A DNA stretch of 47,202 bases, from positions 1 to 47,202 of the forward strand of contig JBMYPC010000004.1 of assembly GCA_049599895.1 (NCBI GenBank), in the 5' to 3' direction. Of this stretch, positions 18,463-28,673 are shown piece by piece (positions within the stretch are counted from its first letter, which is position 1; each line of letters opens with the position of its first letter). This DNA is from Bacteriovoracaceae bacterium. GTDB taxonomy: Bacteria > Bdellovibrionota > Bacteriovoracia > Bacteriovoracales > Bacteriovoracaceae. The position numbers and the translations under genes were made by a program. The notes under the pieces were generated by a model. It made no database searches. It was given only the letters and a program-made list of their open reading frames with translations, and had not been told where the DNA came from.

Positions 18463-19434
18463 TTAACCTACACTTCCCTTTTTAAGGGACTTAATTTCTT
18501 TTTTTGAAAGCTCTCTCTTTTTAAGAACTCTTTTTTCAATTGAAAGAGCATCTGAACTCGAAACACACATTTCATAGTCAAAGCTAAACTTAGTCTCTTT
18601 TAGAAAAGAAAGCATATGCTCTTTACGATAGGACTTTTGCCCTTGTTCTTGCCAATAAAGATGTCCTATAAAAGGCATGGCCTTACGGTCAAGTTGAACT
18701 AATTGGCAGAGCCTCTCAACTGTTGGATCGTGAACAGTTCTTAAGGTTTGATGGCACCAATCATCTTTTCTCTCGCCTCGACTAAGTGGACAGCTTGCCT
18801 GACTAGGACAAGGATAAAAAAGTTGATAACCTTTACTGATGAGAGCACTTCTCAGTTTTAAAACTTTTTGGAAACTTGCCTTAGTTCCAGGTTCGATGAG
18901 CAGAATCGCCTTGTAACCACTATTGATAATCTTATTTTTAATCTCTGAATCATTCATTTCGTTAAGAACATTTCCTAAACACAATAAAGATTCGTCCTTG
19001 AGAGCTGTATTAAGGTGCTTGGCTTCTCTATTTTGTAGGCCTTTGATGATCTTACTGGCTTGCTCCATCATAAGTGGTGATTGATCGAAAATTTGAACTT
19101 CCATATCGCTAAAGTGTTCAATCCAATTAAGGGAATATGTTCCAGGGCCACAGCCATAATCAACAAAAGTCGTAATATTCTCTTTTATAAGCTCTCTTAC
19201 ATTCTCAGAAAGTTTTGAGAGGATAAAGTCGAGTTTAATTGCGTTAGTAGGGAGATACAATGAGGCATAGGAAGAGACGTAAGCTTCATCATTAAAGTAG
19301 GTCTCTAAGAGTTCATTTCTTTGATTAAATGCCGTCGAGAGCTTTTTGATATTGCTCACAAGCTCAATTTCTTCAAGGTCTTTCAAAAGATGTGGGCCGA
19401 TCTCATCAAGAGACCATTTTTTTAATTCAATCAT
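18463..19434 (-). CDS. Rsm22/METTL17-family SAM-dependent methyltransferase
   Basis: YASLYLP, DYGCGPGT, NVLNE, IEPGT, PCPSQASCPL and DWCH. Confidence 0.8.
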   Translation of the reverse strand: MIELKKWSLDEIGPHLLKDLEEIELVSNIKKLSTAFNQRNELLETYFNDEAYVSSYASLYLPTNAIKLDFILSKLSENVRELIKENITTFVDYGCGPGTYSLNWIEHFSDMEVQIFDQSPLMMEQASKIIKGLQNREAKHLNTALKDESLLCLGNVLNEMNDSEIKNKIINSGYKAILLIEPGTKASFQKVLKLRSALISKGYQLFYPCPSQASCPLSRGERKDDWCHQTLRTVHDPTVERLCQLVQLDRKAMPFIGHLYWQEQGQKSYRKEHMLSFLKETKFSFDYEMCVSSSDALSIEKRVLKKRELSKKEIKSLKKGSVG

Positions 19435-20081
19435 TATAAAAGGGGCTTCCAGCTAACTGGGTCTTGGGCCCAAGCAAGAAGGCTTTCTTTTTCAACACTT
19501 CCAAAACTATCCGGACTTAGGGCTTCAAGAGCTGTAGCGATGGAGTGAATATCAGTAAGACTATAGAGTTTAAGATTCCATTTTGAGAGGTTTTCTTTAG
19601 CAACAGGGCTTTCATAAGAAACAATCGAGACAACGGCTTCGACATTAAGTTTTTGATTTTCTACATAAGGCATCACTTTATCTAAACTTGAAGCACGGTT
19701 GACGAGATCTTCAACCATCAGTCCCTTGTCACCTTCTTTAAAATCTCCCTCGATTACTTTTCCAAGACCATGACCTTTTGGGCTTGAGCGGATGTAAAGC
19801 ATGGAGGTTTCAAGTTTCTCAGAAAGAAAAGCAGCATGAGGAATCCCTGCCGTTGCCATGCCAGCAACGTGCTGAAACTCAAGATTGTTTTCTTTTATAA
19901 GTTCAACAAAAGACTGAGCAACAAGACCCCTCTCTTTTGGATAAGAGATAAGCTTTCGACAATCACAATAAATTGGGCCTTGCGCTCCTGAAGCATAGGT
20001 AAATGGCTCCCGAGGTGAAACATTCACACAACCTGTTTTTAAAAGCGCTTCGGCGACTTCGGCTTTATAATTTCCGTTCAT
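19434..20081 (-). CDS. pyrE: Orotate phosphoribosyltransferase
   Basis: PFTYASG..GPIYCDCR, GMATAGIP, IRSSPKGHG and the PRPP loop VEDLVNRASS. Confidence 0.92.
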   Translation of the reverse strand: MNGNYKAEVAEALLKTGCVNVSPREPFTYASGAQGPIYCDCRKLISYPKERGLVAQSFVELIKENNLEFQHVAGMATAGIPHAAFLSEKLETSMLYIRSSPKGHGLGKVIEGDFKEGDKGLMVEDLVNRASSLDKVMPYVENQKLNVEAVVSIVSYESPVAKENLSKWNLKLYSLTDIHSIATALEALSPDSFGSVEKESLLAWAQDPVSWKPLL

Positions 20082-20252
20082 AAGGCCTATCCCTTTCTAA
20101 AATTATTACAGACATCCCATCAAAAGTACGTAGTTTCAATGTCTTATTGCCTGATCATACACTGTATTTTTTTGCCAATCAATCTGCCTATTGCTAGCTT
20201 TGGACTCCAACGATTCTTAGCACCACGTTAAGTTTTTTGAAGGATCCTATAA

Positions 20253-22910
20253 ATGAGTTATTTCAAGCACTTTGTTCTCACCCTCTCACTTATTTCTTTT
20301 ATCAGTTGTTCTAAGCACGACGCCTCAAATCCACCAGAAGAAATATCTAAGACGAATCAAGTCATCGGAACAAAAACAGTTGCAAACTTCATCACCAAAG
20401 AAAGCTCAAACAACCTCATCCTTAGAGATGATGCTTTTGAAAAAACATTTTTATTAAGCACATCTTATATTTCAGGAGCTCCCGCTGTATCTGGCTCTTC
20501 ATTTGGTAACAAACTTGTAAGATTTGAAATGAATGATCAGTATGTGGCAATGTTTGAGCTTCTTGATGGGAAGCTTGCTGTCTCTTCTGACTCACTTTCA
20601 ACAAAAAAGCTTCTCGCTTCATTTCCCATTGTTGGATACGACGAAGGATATGTGGAAATTGATTTTCTTAATGGATTTTACTTTCTTGTAACTCAATCAA
20701 GCTGGGTTGCAAGTGATTATGGCCAATCAGGAACAGAAGACTCTTTAAATCCTATTCAAATGGCCTTTATGGGTGAGGGATATTATACCGACAAACACCT
20801 TACGTTTACTCAATATGCCGTGATTAATAATGAACCTTTAGAAGTAAGGTACAGTTTCTCTATTTATAATCCCAATCCAAACTTTAAGCCTAAAAAATCT
20901 AATCTCAATAAAGAAGTTGGCTTTTTTGAAGCCCCTCAACTCATTAAAGAAGGTTCCGGAGAGCCGTTTTATTACATCACAAAATTTGATACCGAAAAGC
21001 CTGTGGTTTTTTATTATACCTCAAGTACTCCCAAAGACTTTGTTGAAGCTGTAATCGATGGTGTTCTTTATTGGAATAAAGCTTTCGGGAAAGATGTTCT
21101 CAGCGTTGAACCACTTCCTGCAGATACAAAGGTTCACATGCCTGGCTATAACGTTATTCAGTGGCTTGAATGGGATTCAGCGGGCTTTGCCTACGCTGAT
21201 GCACATGCCGACCCGCTTACGGGAGAATTATTGCAGGCCCATGTTTACATGACCTCTGTCTTTGCCAAAGGAAGCTTAAAAGAAGCAAAGAAGTTTCTTA
21301 CCGAATATGATAATGGCGTCGCCGCTTTTAAAAATAGAAAATCTCATCGACTCACGATCAAAGGATTTAAAAGTCGTACACAACTTTGTCAGAGAGACTT
21401 TACTCAAACATTGAGACTTGAACTCAGAAAACTCTCTGAAATCGTCACTCTTCTTGATTCAGATACAGACTTGAGCGATGAAGAAAAAGATAAGCTTTAT
21501 CTGCGCTACGCTCAAGATGCAGTAAGAGATACTATTGCTCATGAAATTGGGCATACCTTGGGTCTAAGACATAACTTTGCAGCTTCGCTACAAAATAAAA
21601 TCACACCGGATACCTACGAGACACTTAAAAAGCATTACCTGTTTAATGGGGAACTGCCAAACGGTATTGTCTCTTCGGGATCTGTTATGGATTATACTCC
21701 AGGTGTTTTTTCAGCAATGATAGGTGGTCATATTCGAAATAAAAAAGAAGCTTTGGTTTATGATAAAATGGCCATCGAATGGGGTTATACTGAAAAAACT
21801 CTTTTTGACTTAGACCTTGTACCTTTTTGTACAGACACACTTGCCAATAAAAACATTATCGATTGTATCCGATTTGATGCTTATGCTGATGTCTTTGCAG
21901 GGGCCAAAAAAGACTGGGAAGAGAACTCTTCAAAGTTTGGTTTTAATCTTGCTTATCGTTACAACTTTCTTTTGAGTGAAAAGTATAAGGCCCTCTCCCC
22001 TACAACTCCCAAGATGCTTAATGATATTAAAAACAAAACTCTAAGCCCCACAAAAGGTGCCACAAAACTCATTTCGAGTCTGTTCTATCTTTTAAAGATG
22101 GCCAATACAAATTCAGAGATCCTCGAAATTAAAAGACAATACCCCCATTCAATGACCCTCGTGGACTCAGAAGCTTACAAAAAAGAACTTAAAGAGAAAA
22201 AGAGCACTAAGTTTAATGAATTAGGTGGTCTAACAAAGCTTATTTTTGGCGACTTTTCATTAAAACAGCAATCTTCTGATGATCAGTTTCAATTAAGCCT
22301 CATTAGTAAAATGTCCAAGCAGTATAACGATGCCGTTGAAAAACTTTATGCCGAATTAGACTCTGAGGTCAGGACTTACCTTAAAGAACGTGGTGAAAAG
22401 TATTTCATCGCTTTTGAAAAAGAGCTTGTCCTGCAATTGGTTGTAAACCTTAAAAAGCTTAAGCCTCACTTTGTGGACGACAAACTTCCTAATGGTCTTA
22501 AAAGCTTTGTTCAAGAGTTAGTTTTTCTTAAGAATTCTGAAGTTCTTGGAGTTGTTGGTGAAGACGAAAACCAAAAAGAAGTTCAAGGTTTCTACTTTGA
22601 TTACAATGGAATGGTTTTTCATAAAAAGCTTAAAAAAGCAGTAAAAACAAATCTTCGCTCTGAATTAGTGAGTCTTCTCAATACCAAGTTTTATGACGGG
22701 AAACCATCATTTAGAAGGGCCTTTAAGCCAATCAATAAAGAGATCTATGAAGCTCATGAGAAGATGCTAAAAGAAATTACTGATATCAAAAAAGAAGAAG
22801 ATCTCTCTGCAGAGCTCTTTGATTGGTGTCAAACAGAGAAGACTCTCTTTAAAGCCTTGAAACCAAAGGAAAAGCCGGCTCAATCTGCAACACCAGCTAG
22901 CGCGGGGTAA
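20253..22910 (+). CDS. Zinc-dependent metalloprotease lipoprotein (EcxA/DUF4953-like metzincin)
   Basis: Lipobox FISC; WNKAF, DPLTGE, HEIGHTLGLRHNF and the Met-turn SVMDY. Confidence 0.88.
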   Translation: MSYFKHFVLTLSLISFISCSKHDASNPPEEISKTNQVIGTKTVANFITKESSNNLILRDDAFEKTFLLSTSYISGAPAVSGSSFGNKLVRFEMNDQYVAMFELLDGKLAVSSDSLSTKKLLASFPIVGYDEGYVEIDFLNGFYFLVTQSSWVASDYGQSGTEDSLNPIQMAFMGEGYYTDKHLTFTQYAVINNEPLEVRYSFSIYNPNPNFKPKKSNLNKEVGFFEAPQLIKEGSGEPFYYITKFDTEKPVVFYYTSSTPKDFVEAVIDGVLYWNKAFGKDVLSVEPLPADTKVHMPGYNVIQWLEWDSAGFAYADAHADPLTGELLQAHVYMTSVFAKGSLKEAKKFLTEYDNGVAAFKNRKSHRLTIKGFKSRTQLCQRDFTQTLRLELRKLSEIVTLLDSDTDLSDEEKDKLYLRYAQDAVRDTIAHEIGHTLGLRHNFAASLQNKITPDTYETLKKHYLFNGELPNGIVSSGSVMDYTPGVFSAMIGGHIRNKKEALVYDKMAIEWGYTEKTLFDLDLVPFCTDTLANKNIIDCIRFDAYADVFAGAKKDWEENSSKFGFNLAYRYNFLLSEKYKALSPTTPKMLNDIKNKTLSPTKGATKLISSLFYLLKMANTNSEILEIKRQYPHSMTLVDSEAYKKELKEKKSTKFNELGGLTKLIFGDFSLKQQSSDDQFQLSLISKMSKQYNDAVEKLYAELDSEVRTYLKERGEKYFIAFEKELVLQLVVNLKKLKPHFVDDKLPNGLKSFVQELVFLKNSEVLGVVGEDENQKEVQGFYFDYNGMVFHKKLKKAVKTNLRSELVSLLNTKFYDGKPSFRRAFKPINKEIYEAHEKMLKEITDIKKEEDLSAELFDWCQTEKTLFKALKPKEKPAQSATPASAG

Positions 22911-22913
22911 GTC

Positions 22914-23582
22914 CTACCAGTCAATCGGTTTCATTTGATGCTGAGATAAATACTGATTCGTTTGTGAGAAGTGCTTACATCCAAAAAAGCCTCTGTGTGC
23001 CGATAGTGGTGATGGATGAGGTGATTTCAGAATGAGATGATCGCCTGTTATGAGAGAAGCTTTTTTCTGGGCTGGACTCCCCCAAAGTAAAAAAACAAGA
23101 TTCTTTCTTTGTTCACTTAAGCGTTTAATTGTTTCGTCTGTAAACTGCTCCCAACCTCGATTTCGATGGGCAGCTGCACTTGCTTGCTCAACCGTTAAGA
23201 CAGTGTTGAGAAGAAAGACTCCTTGATCGGCCCAATGTTCCAAGTTTCCATGATCAGGAACTTCTTTTCCAATATCAGCCAAGAGTTCTTTATAGATATT
23301 ATTAAGAGATGGCGGAGTTCTCACACCTTTTTTGACTGAAAAGCAAAGTCCGTGGGCCTGCCCTGGTCCGTGATAGGGATCTTGTCCGATAATCACCACT
23401 TTGACGTCATTCAAAAGCGTTCTTCGGTAGGCCTCAAAAATTTCGCTCCCATGAGGATAAAGAATTTTTCCTTTAGCGAGTTCCTCAGTGAGAAACTGCT
23501 TTAGGTTTTTCATATAGTCTTGCTGAAATTGATCGCCAAGGATTTCATTCCAGCAAGGAGGGAGTTCATTTTTTTTATTCAT
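22914..23582 (-). CDS. ung: Uracil-DNA glycosylase
   Basis: GQDPYH, GLCFSV, PPSL, LLNTVLTV and HPSPLSA. Confidence 0.97.
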   Translation of the reverse strand: MNKKNELPPCWNEILGDQFQQDYMKNLKQFLTEELAKGKILYPHGSEIFEAYRRTLLNDVKVVIIGQDPYHGPGQAHGLCFSVKKGVRTPPSLNNIYKELLADIGKEVPDHGNLEHWADQGVFLLNTVLTVEQASAAAHRNRGWEQFTDETIKRLSEQRKNLVFLLWGSPAQKKASLITGDHLILKSPHPSPLSAHRGFFGCKHFSQTNQYLSQHQMKPIDW

Positions 23583-23585
23583 AAT

Positions 23586-25553
23586 TTAAAACTTGAATTT
23601 AAACTTCTTTTTCAGTTTATCGATGGCCTTCTTAGTCTTTTTCTTGACCTTATCTTTAGCGCTCTTTTTCTTTTGTCCCTTAATTTCATTAGTAATTTTC
23701 TTTTGTAGACCACTCAACTCTTTTTTCTTAGAATCAAGCTTTCCTTTGGCCTCTTTTTGAACCGAGCTCACTTTTCTTTTAAGTTCGTCTTTTTTCCCAC
23801 CGACTCTATCATTCACAAGTTTTCGAAGTTTATTCTTTGCTTCGTCGACCTTGGCCTTAAGTTGTGCCTTGATCCCACGAGATAATTCACGACCAAGGTT
23901 GGAATTGATCCTCCAATTAAGATCCTCCCATGAACCGTTGGCATTAGCAGTCACAAGAATGGGACCCAAATCGTTTGTGACATTAGTAAAGATCTCTTTA
24001 ACAGACTTTGACTTGGCATCAACGAGATAATCAACTTTTTGAAATTTGTTAACGAGCTTAGCTTGAACCTTTCCTCCTTCAGAATATAAATTAAGATTAA
24101 GGTTCCCTTGAGCTTTATGAAAACCAAACTTGAGTTTTTCTGAATCAGAAAACTTTTGTTCATTGATAGGATAAGCACCAACTCTAGCCACAACTGACTC
24201 AGTCGGTTCTTTTGTGGTTCGATCAACCACAACCTTTGCATCAACTCCATAGATCTGCTGATGAGGAAAATCTCCTTTAAGAGTAAGCTTAGCAGGTCTC
24301 TTCACTAAAACGGGGTCTGTTGTCACATGAACAAGCTCACCTAAGATATCTCCGCTAAACTCGGCTTCAGAAGCTTTAGAGCTAATCGTACTCTTTTTAA
24401 GCCAAAAAAGTGGGTAACCTTTAGTCACAGGAAATCGATAGGTCTTCCCTTCAGCACGAGCTTTGGCTTCAATCTCTGGTTTTTTGTCTTCTTCAGACTT
24501 TTCTGGTGGCATATACTCTCGCGCCATCTCAACATACTTTCGATAAGGCCCTAGTTTAGAAAAAAGAAGCTTTGTAAAAATTGATTTTGAAAAGTCTCCA
24601 AAATTAAGATCGGGAATTTTAAACTTGTTTTCAAGGTTTTTAATGTCTTCTTCAATCCAACCATCAACTTGATTAGGAAGGCTTGCAACCTTATCAATAT
24701 CTTTTTTAAGTTCTTTATAAGAGTTATTGAAATCTTTTATTTTTGCTTTTGATTGTTTAAGAAGCTCATCAAGTTTCTTGATTGATTTCAGAGGGTTCTT
24801 TTTATCAAATTTGAACTTTTTTACTTCTGAAAGAGTCTTTTTGAGATCGTCAGTTTGTTTTAATTCTTCAAACTTCTTTTTCCATTGCCCCTCTTTTTGA
24901 TCGAGCTCTTTTGTGATCTCTTGAATTCTCTGTTCCGTTTTAAGTTCACCTTTAAAGTCTTTGAGTTGATCCTTTGGATCCTTCCCACCTAGGATTTCTG
25001 CGACATCCCCTAATGCATTTCCTTCAAGTTCTTTTTGCCCCTGATCAAGAACCGCAGCTTCGAGTTCTCGAAGCTCTTTGCTCTTTCCACTTTTACTCTC
25101 AGAAATCGGTATCACTCTTCCCGGTCTTTTTCTTGGATAATAAACTTGAATATTCTTAATGCTCGCATCTTCGACAACAAATTTTGCTCTTAAAAGAGCA
25201 TCCCAGAGAAATTCAAAACGGATGAGCCCAATCCCTACCAGGTTTTGAACTGGCTTTTCTTTATTCGTCACTTGAAGCCCATGAAGTTCAAAGGTTCCGC
25301 TAAAAAAGCTTGAACGAACTTTGGCAACATTCACTTCTGCCCCATGAACCTGAGTCCCCGCAAATTCAATAAGCTTTTTTAAATGAGAATCAAAGAAAAA
25401 GTGTCCATAGGTATAACTTAGTCCTGCAAAAGCAAGAAGAAAGATGACAGCACCGGTTCTTATGGGACCTTTAGGCTTTTTAGGTTTTTTCTTTTTTTGG
25501 TCTTTTTCTTGAGACTCTTCGACTTTGGATTGTTCTGTATTTTCATCAGTCAT
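23586..25553 (-). CDS. TIGR03545-family protein (membrane-anchored, coiled-coil and beta regions)
   Basis: N-terminal TM, GAEVNV, QVTNKEKPVQNL, RAEG...FP...P.FWLK; adjacent to the TIGR03546 gene. Confidence 0.75.
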   Translation of the reverse strand: MTDENTEQSKVEESQEKDQKKKKPKKPKGPIRTGAVIFLLAFAGLSYTYGHFFFDSHLKKLIEFAGTQVHGAEVNVAKVRSSFFSGTFELHGLQVTNKEKPVQNLVGIGLIRFEFLWDALLRAKFVVEDASIKNIQVYYPRKRPGRVIPISESKSGKSKELRELEAAVLDQGQKELEGNALGDVAEILGGKDPKDQLKDFKGELKTEQRIQEITKELDQKEGQWKKKFEELKQTDDLKKTLSEVKKFKFDKKNPLKSIKKLDELLKQSKAKIKDFNNSYKELKKDIDKVASLPNQVDGWIEEDIKNLENKFKIPDLNFGDFSKSIFTKLLFSKLGPYRKYVEMAREYMPPEKSEEDKKPEIEAKARAEGKTYRFPVTKGYPLFWLKKSTISSKASEAEFSGDILGELVHVTTDPVLVKRPAKLTLKGDFPHQQIYGVDAKVVVDRTTKEPTESVVARVGAYPINEQKFSDSEKLKFGFHKAQGNLNLNLYSEGGKVQAKLVNKFQKVDYLVDAKSKSVKEIFTNVTNDLGPILVTANANGSWEDLNWRINSNLGRELSRGIKAQLKAKVDEAKNKLRKLVNDRVGGKKDELKRKVSSVQKEAKGKLDSKKKELSGLQKKITNEIKGQKKKSAKDKVKKKTKKAIDKLKKKFKFKF

Positions 25554-25587
25554 TATTCTTAGTCCTTAAATAATTTTTTAACCGTTC

Positions 25588-26112
25588 TTAACCGTAAAGA
25601 TTGTCGTACTTGTAATACCACTTGTAGAAAGACGAAGCTTTTACGAGCTTCCAGAACTTCGTCTCTTGAAATTTAGCGACAACTTTTTCTCTATATTTTT
25701 GAATGAGAAACTTTGCAGCAAAAAACACTACCGGAGATAAAAGAATCGAAACGATTCCCGCTCCCATCACTACAGAATTATTAAATCGCGTGAAAGGAAT
25801 AATCGGCATGTTGTATAAGGTCGTCCACAGAACTTTTAATCCATCCATTTCAAGAACCGAACTTCCCATGGAAGCAAACACAGGGTCTAAAAGAAAAGCG
25901 GCAAACTTAAAGAAAAAGGCACTCACTAAAGCTGCCCCAAACTGAATACGAAAAACCACGATAAGGGCAAAGACCAAAATTGTCTGAAGAGAAAAGGTCG
26001 GCGCCATCCCCAAAATAAGGCCAGCCGCAACACCCGATGCAATTTGGTTGGTTCCTGTATCAGAATTTAAAAGCTTTATTAGCTGAAAAATCTGCTTTAA
26101 TAATAATGTCAT
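25588..26112 (-). CDS. TIGR03546/DUF2062-family membrane protein
   Basis: LLNSDTGTNQIASG...LYNMPIIPFTRFNNSVVMG. Confidence 0.8.
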   Translation of the reverse strand: MTLLLKQIFQLIKLLNSDTGTNQIASGVAAGLILGMAPTFSLQTILVFALIVVFRIQFGAALVSAFFFKFAAFLLDPVFASMGSSVLEMDGLKVLWTTLYNMPIIPFTRFNNSVVMGAGIVSILLSPVVFFAAKFLIQKYREKVVAKFQETKFWKLVKASSFYKWYYKYDNLYG

Positions 26113-26204
26113 AGACTATTCCTTGCATTTAATTGACGACATATTTAAACATGCTGAGTTTTTCATGGTAAAGAAGATATTCGGCTAAAAAATGGAGATG
26201 CCCC

Positions 26205-26939
26205 ATGAAGTATGAAGTTCCCACATTTAAAGGAAAAATCATTAAACGCTACAAGCGGTTTTTGGCTGATATTGAATTAGAGTCTGGTGAGCAAATCACC
26301 GCCCATACACCTAATACAGGATCAATGAAAAGCTGCTGGGAACCCGGGTGGGACGTTATTGTGAGCTTTCATGACTCACCGAAACGAAAGCTCAAGCACA
26401 CACTTGAGTTGACTCATAATGGTGAGAGCTGGATTGGCGTCAACACAGGGCTTCCTAACAAACTTGCCAAAGAGGCCATTGAGAATGGAACCATAAAAGA
26501 GCTCTCTGGTTATAAAAGTCTCAAGCCAGAGTTTAAAGTCGGCGATTCTCGAATTGATATTCTCTTAACCTCCGAGGAGAACCTTGAGGGCGAGAAGTGC
26601 TTTGTCGAAATTAAAAACGTCACCTTAAGAGATGATGAAGGTCCCGTTCAAAATACGAAAAAAACGATGAGCTACTTTCCTGACTCAGTGTCGACAAGAG
26701 GACAAAAGCACTTGAGAGAACTTACAAAGCTTGTTTCTGAAGGACATAAAGCAGCGATGCTTTTTATTGTGCAAAGAGAAGATGTTAAAGCTTACGCCCC
26801 AGCTTCCCATATTGATCCGGAATACGCGCGGCTTCTTAAAGAAGCTCATGATGGTGGCGTTGAGATACTAGTCTATCAATGCAAGCTATCTGAAGATGAG
26901 GTAAAGGTTTATAAAAAGATCGATCTTATTTGGCCTTAA
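26205..26939 (+). CDS. sfsA: DNA/RNA nuclease SfsA
   Basis: KRYKRFLAD, HTPNTGSM, SRID, VEIKNVT, FPDSVSTRGQKHLREL. Confidence 0.95.
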   Translation: MKYEVPTFKGKIIKRYKRFLADIELESGEQITAHTPNTGSMKSCWEPGWDVIVSFHDSPKRKLKHTLELTHNGESWIGVNTGLPNKLAKEAIENGTIKELSGYKSLKPEFKVGDSRIDILLTSEENLEGEKCFVEIKNVTLRDDEGPVQNTKKTMSYFPDSVSTRGQKHLRELTKLVSEGHKAAMLFIVQREDVKAYAPASHIDPEYARLLKEAHDGGVEILVYQCKLSEDEVKVYKKIDLIWP

Positions 26940-27077
26940 GCTTTTCGAGAAATAAAAATCTCACCATTTCTATCATTTTGTTTTTTTTAACACACCGCTA
27001 GCAGACGAACAAACTCCTTGAAGTTATGCTTTCCCATTAAATATTTCTTTAAAAATCACTGAATTAGGATGTTAACA

Positions 27078-28670
27078 ATGAAGTTAAAAAAGATGCTCCG
27101 AATTTCTCTTATTCTGGCGGCCCTGTTTTCGGGATCGGCCATGGCCAAAACTTTTGTCTACTGCTCTGAAGGCTCTCCTTCCGCATTCAACCCACAAGTT
27201 GTTGCAGATGGAACTTCAATCAATGCTTCAGCAATGACTGTTTATAATAGGCTTGTGGAATTTAAAGTTGGAAGCACACAACTAGAACCAGCGTTAGCTG
27301 AGTCGTGGTCAGTTTCTAAAGATAGAAGAACTTATACTTTTCAACTAAGAAAGGGTGTTAAGTTTCATAAGACGAAGTATTTCACTCCGAAAAGAGACTT
27401 CAATGCTGATGATGTTGTTTTCAGTATCAACAGAATGAGAGTGAAAGATCATCGTTATCATAAAGTTGGTGGAGGGACTTACGAGTATTTCCTAGGGATG
27501 GGAATGAATAAACTTATAAAGGACGTCAAAAAGCTAAATGACTACAGCGTTCAAATCGTTCTCGCTGCTCCTGAAGCTCCTTTTCTTTCAAACCTCGCTA
27601 TGCCTTTTATGAGCATTCTTTCTGAAGAGTATTCTCAATACTTAGCAAAGAATAAAAAGAATGAAGATATTGACTTCTTTCCAATTGGAACGGGACCTTT
27701 TGTTTACAAAAAGTATATTAAAGACAACCTAATTCGATTCACTCGCAATAAAAATTATTGGAAGGCACCGGCAAAGGTTAAAAACCTTGTCTTTGCCATC
27801 ACTCCTGATGCGTCAGTCAGGTTTCAAAAGCTCAAGGCCAAAGAATGTCACCTTATCACTCACCCAGCCCCAACTGATCTCGATGCAATGAAATCAAATA
27901 AAAAGATCAAAGTTGTTGGTGAGCCAGGACTGAATGTTGGTTATCTTGCGATGAATGTTAAAAAGAAGCCTCTTGATAATGCCATGGTGAGAAAGGCGAT
28001 TTATCATGCACTTAATAAAGAGGCTTATATTAAGGCCATTTACCTTGGAAATGCCATGGAAGCGGTTAATCCACTCCCTCCAAGCATTTGGTCATATCTT
28101 AAAAATCCAAAAGCCCCTGCTTATGACCCGGCCAAGTCAAAAGCTCTTTTAAAGAAAGCTGGTCTATCAAAAGGAATTGAGCTTGAGCTATGGACTCTTC
28201 CTGTCTCACGCCCGTACAACCCAAATGGAAAAAAGATGGGCGAAATGATGAAAGCCGATCTTGAAAAAGTCGGAATCAAAGCGAAACTCGTGCAATACGA
28301 CTGGCCTACATACTTAAAGAAATCCCAAAATGGTGAACATGACCTTCTTCAAATTGGTTGGACAGGAGACAATGGAGACCCAGATAACTTTCTTCATACA
28401 TTACTAGGTTGCGATGCTGTAATAGATGGTTCAAACTATGCTAAGTGGTGCCACAAAAAATATGATGAACTGGTTATCGAAGCGAAAAGAACTGATAAGC
28501 AAAAGCAAAGAGCTAAGCTTTATGAAAAGGCTCAAAAGATTTTCCAAAAGGAACTTCCTTGGGTACCTCTGGCCCACGCCAAAGTTTTTAGAGCGATGGC
28601 CGATAACGTAAAAGGATACAAAATCCATCCATTCGGAAGTGATATCTTCTACGATGTTGATTTAAAATAA
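27078..28670 (+). CDS. dppA: Dipeptide ABC transporter substrate-binding protein
   Basis: Signal peptide, then KTFVYCSEGSP; RPYNPN and GWTGDNGDPDNF. The start is at 27069 or 27078. Confidence 0.93.
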   Translation: MKLKKMLRISLILAALFSGSAMAKTFVYCSEGSPSAFNPQVVADGTSINASAMTVYNRLVEFKVGSTQLEPALAESWSVSKDRRTYTFQLRKGVKFHKTKYFTPKRDFNADDVVFSINRMRVKDHRYHKVGGGTYEYFLGMGMNKLIKDVKKLNDYSVQIVLAAPEAPFLSNLAMPFMSILSEEYSQYLAKNKKNEDIDFFPIGTGPFVYKKYIKDNLIRFTRNKNYWKAPAKVKNLVFAITPDASVRFQKLKAKECHLITHPAPTDLDAMKSNKKIKVVGEPGLNVGYLAMNVKKKPLDNAMVRKAIYHALNKEAYIKAIYLGNAMEAVNPLPPSIWSYLKNPKAPAYDPAKSKALLKKAGLSKGIELELWTLPVSRPYNPNGKKMGEMMKADLEKVGIKAKLVQYDWPTYLKKSQNGEHDLLQIGWTGDNGDPDNFLHTLLGCDAVIDGSNYAKWCHKKYDELVIEAKRTDKQKQRAKLYEKAQKIFQKELPWVPLAHAKVFRAMADNVKGYKIHPFGSDIFYDVDLK

Positions 28671-28673
28671 ACC

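Noticed and set aside
26178..26208. GCCGAATA as a sigma28 -10 for the TIGR03546 gene
   Set aside because: No acceptable -35 at 15-nt spacing (GGGG).
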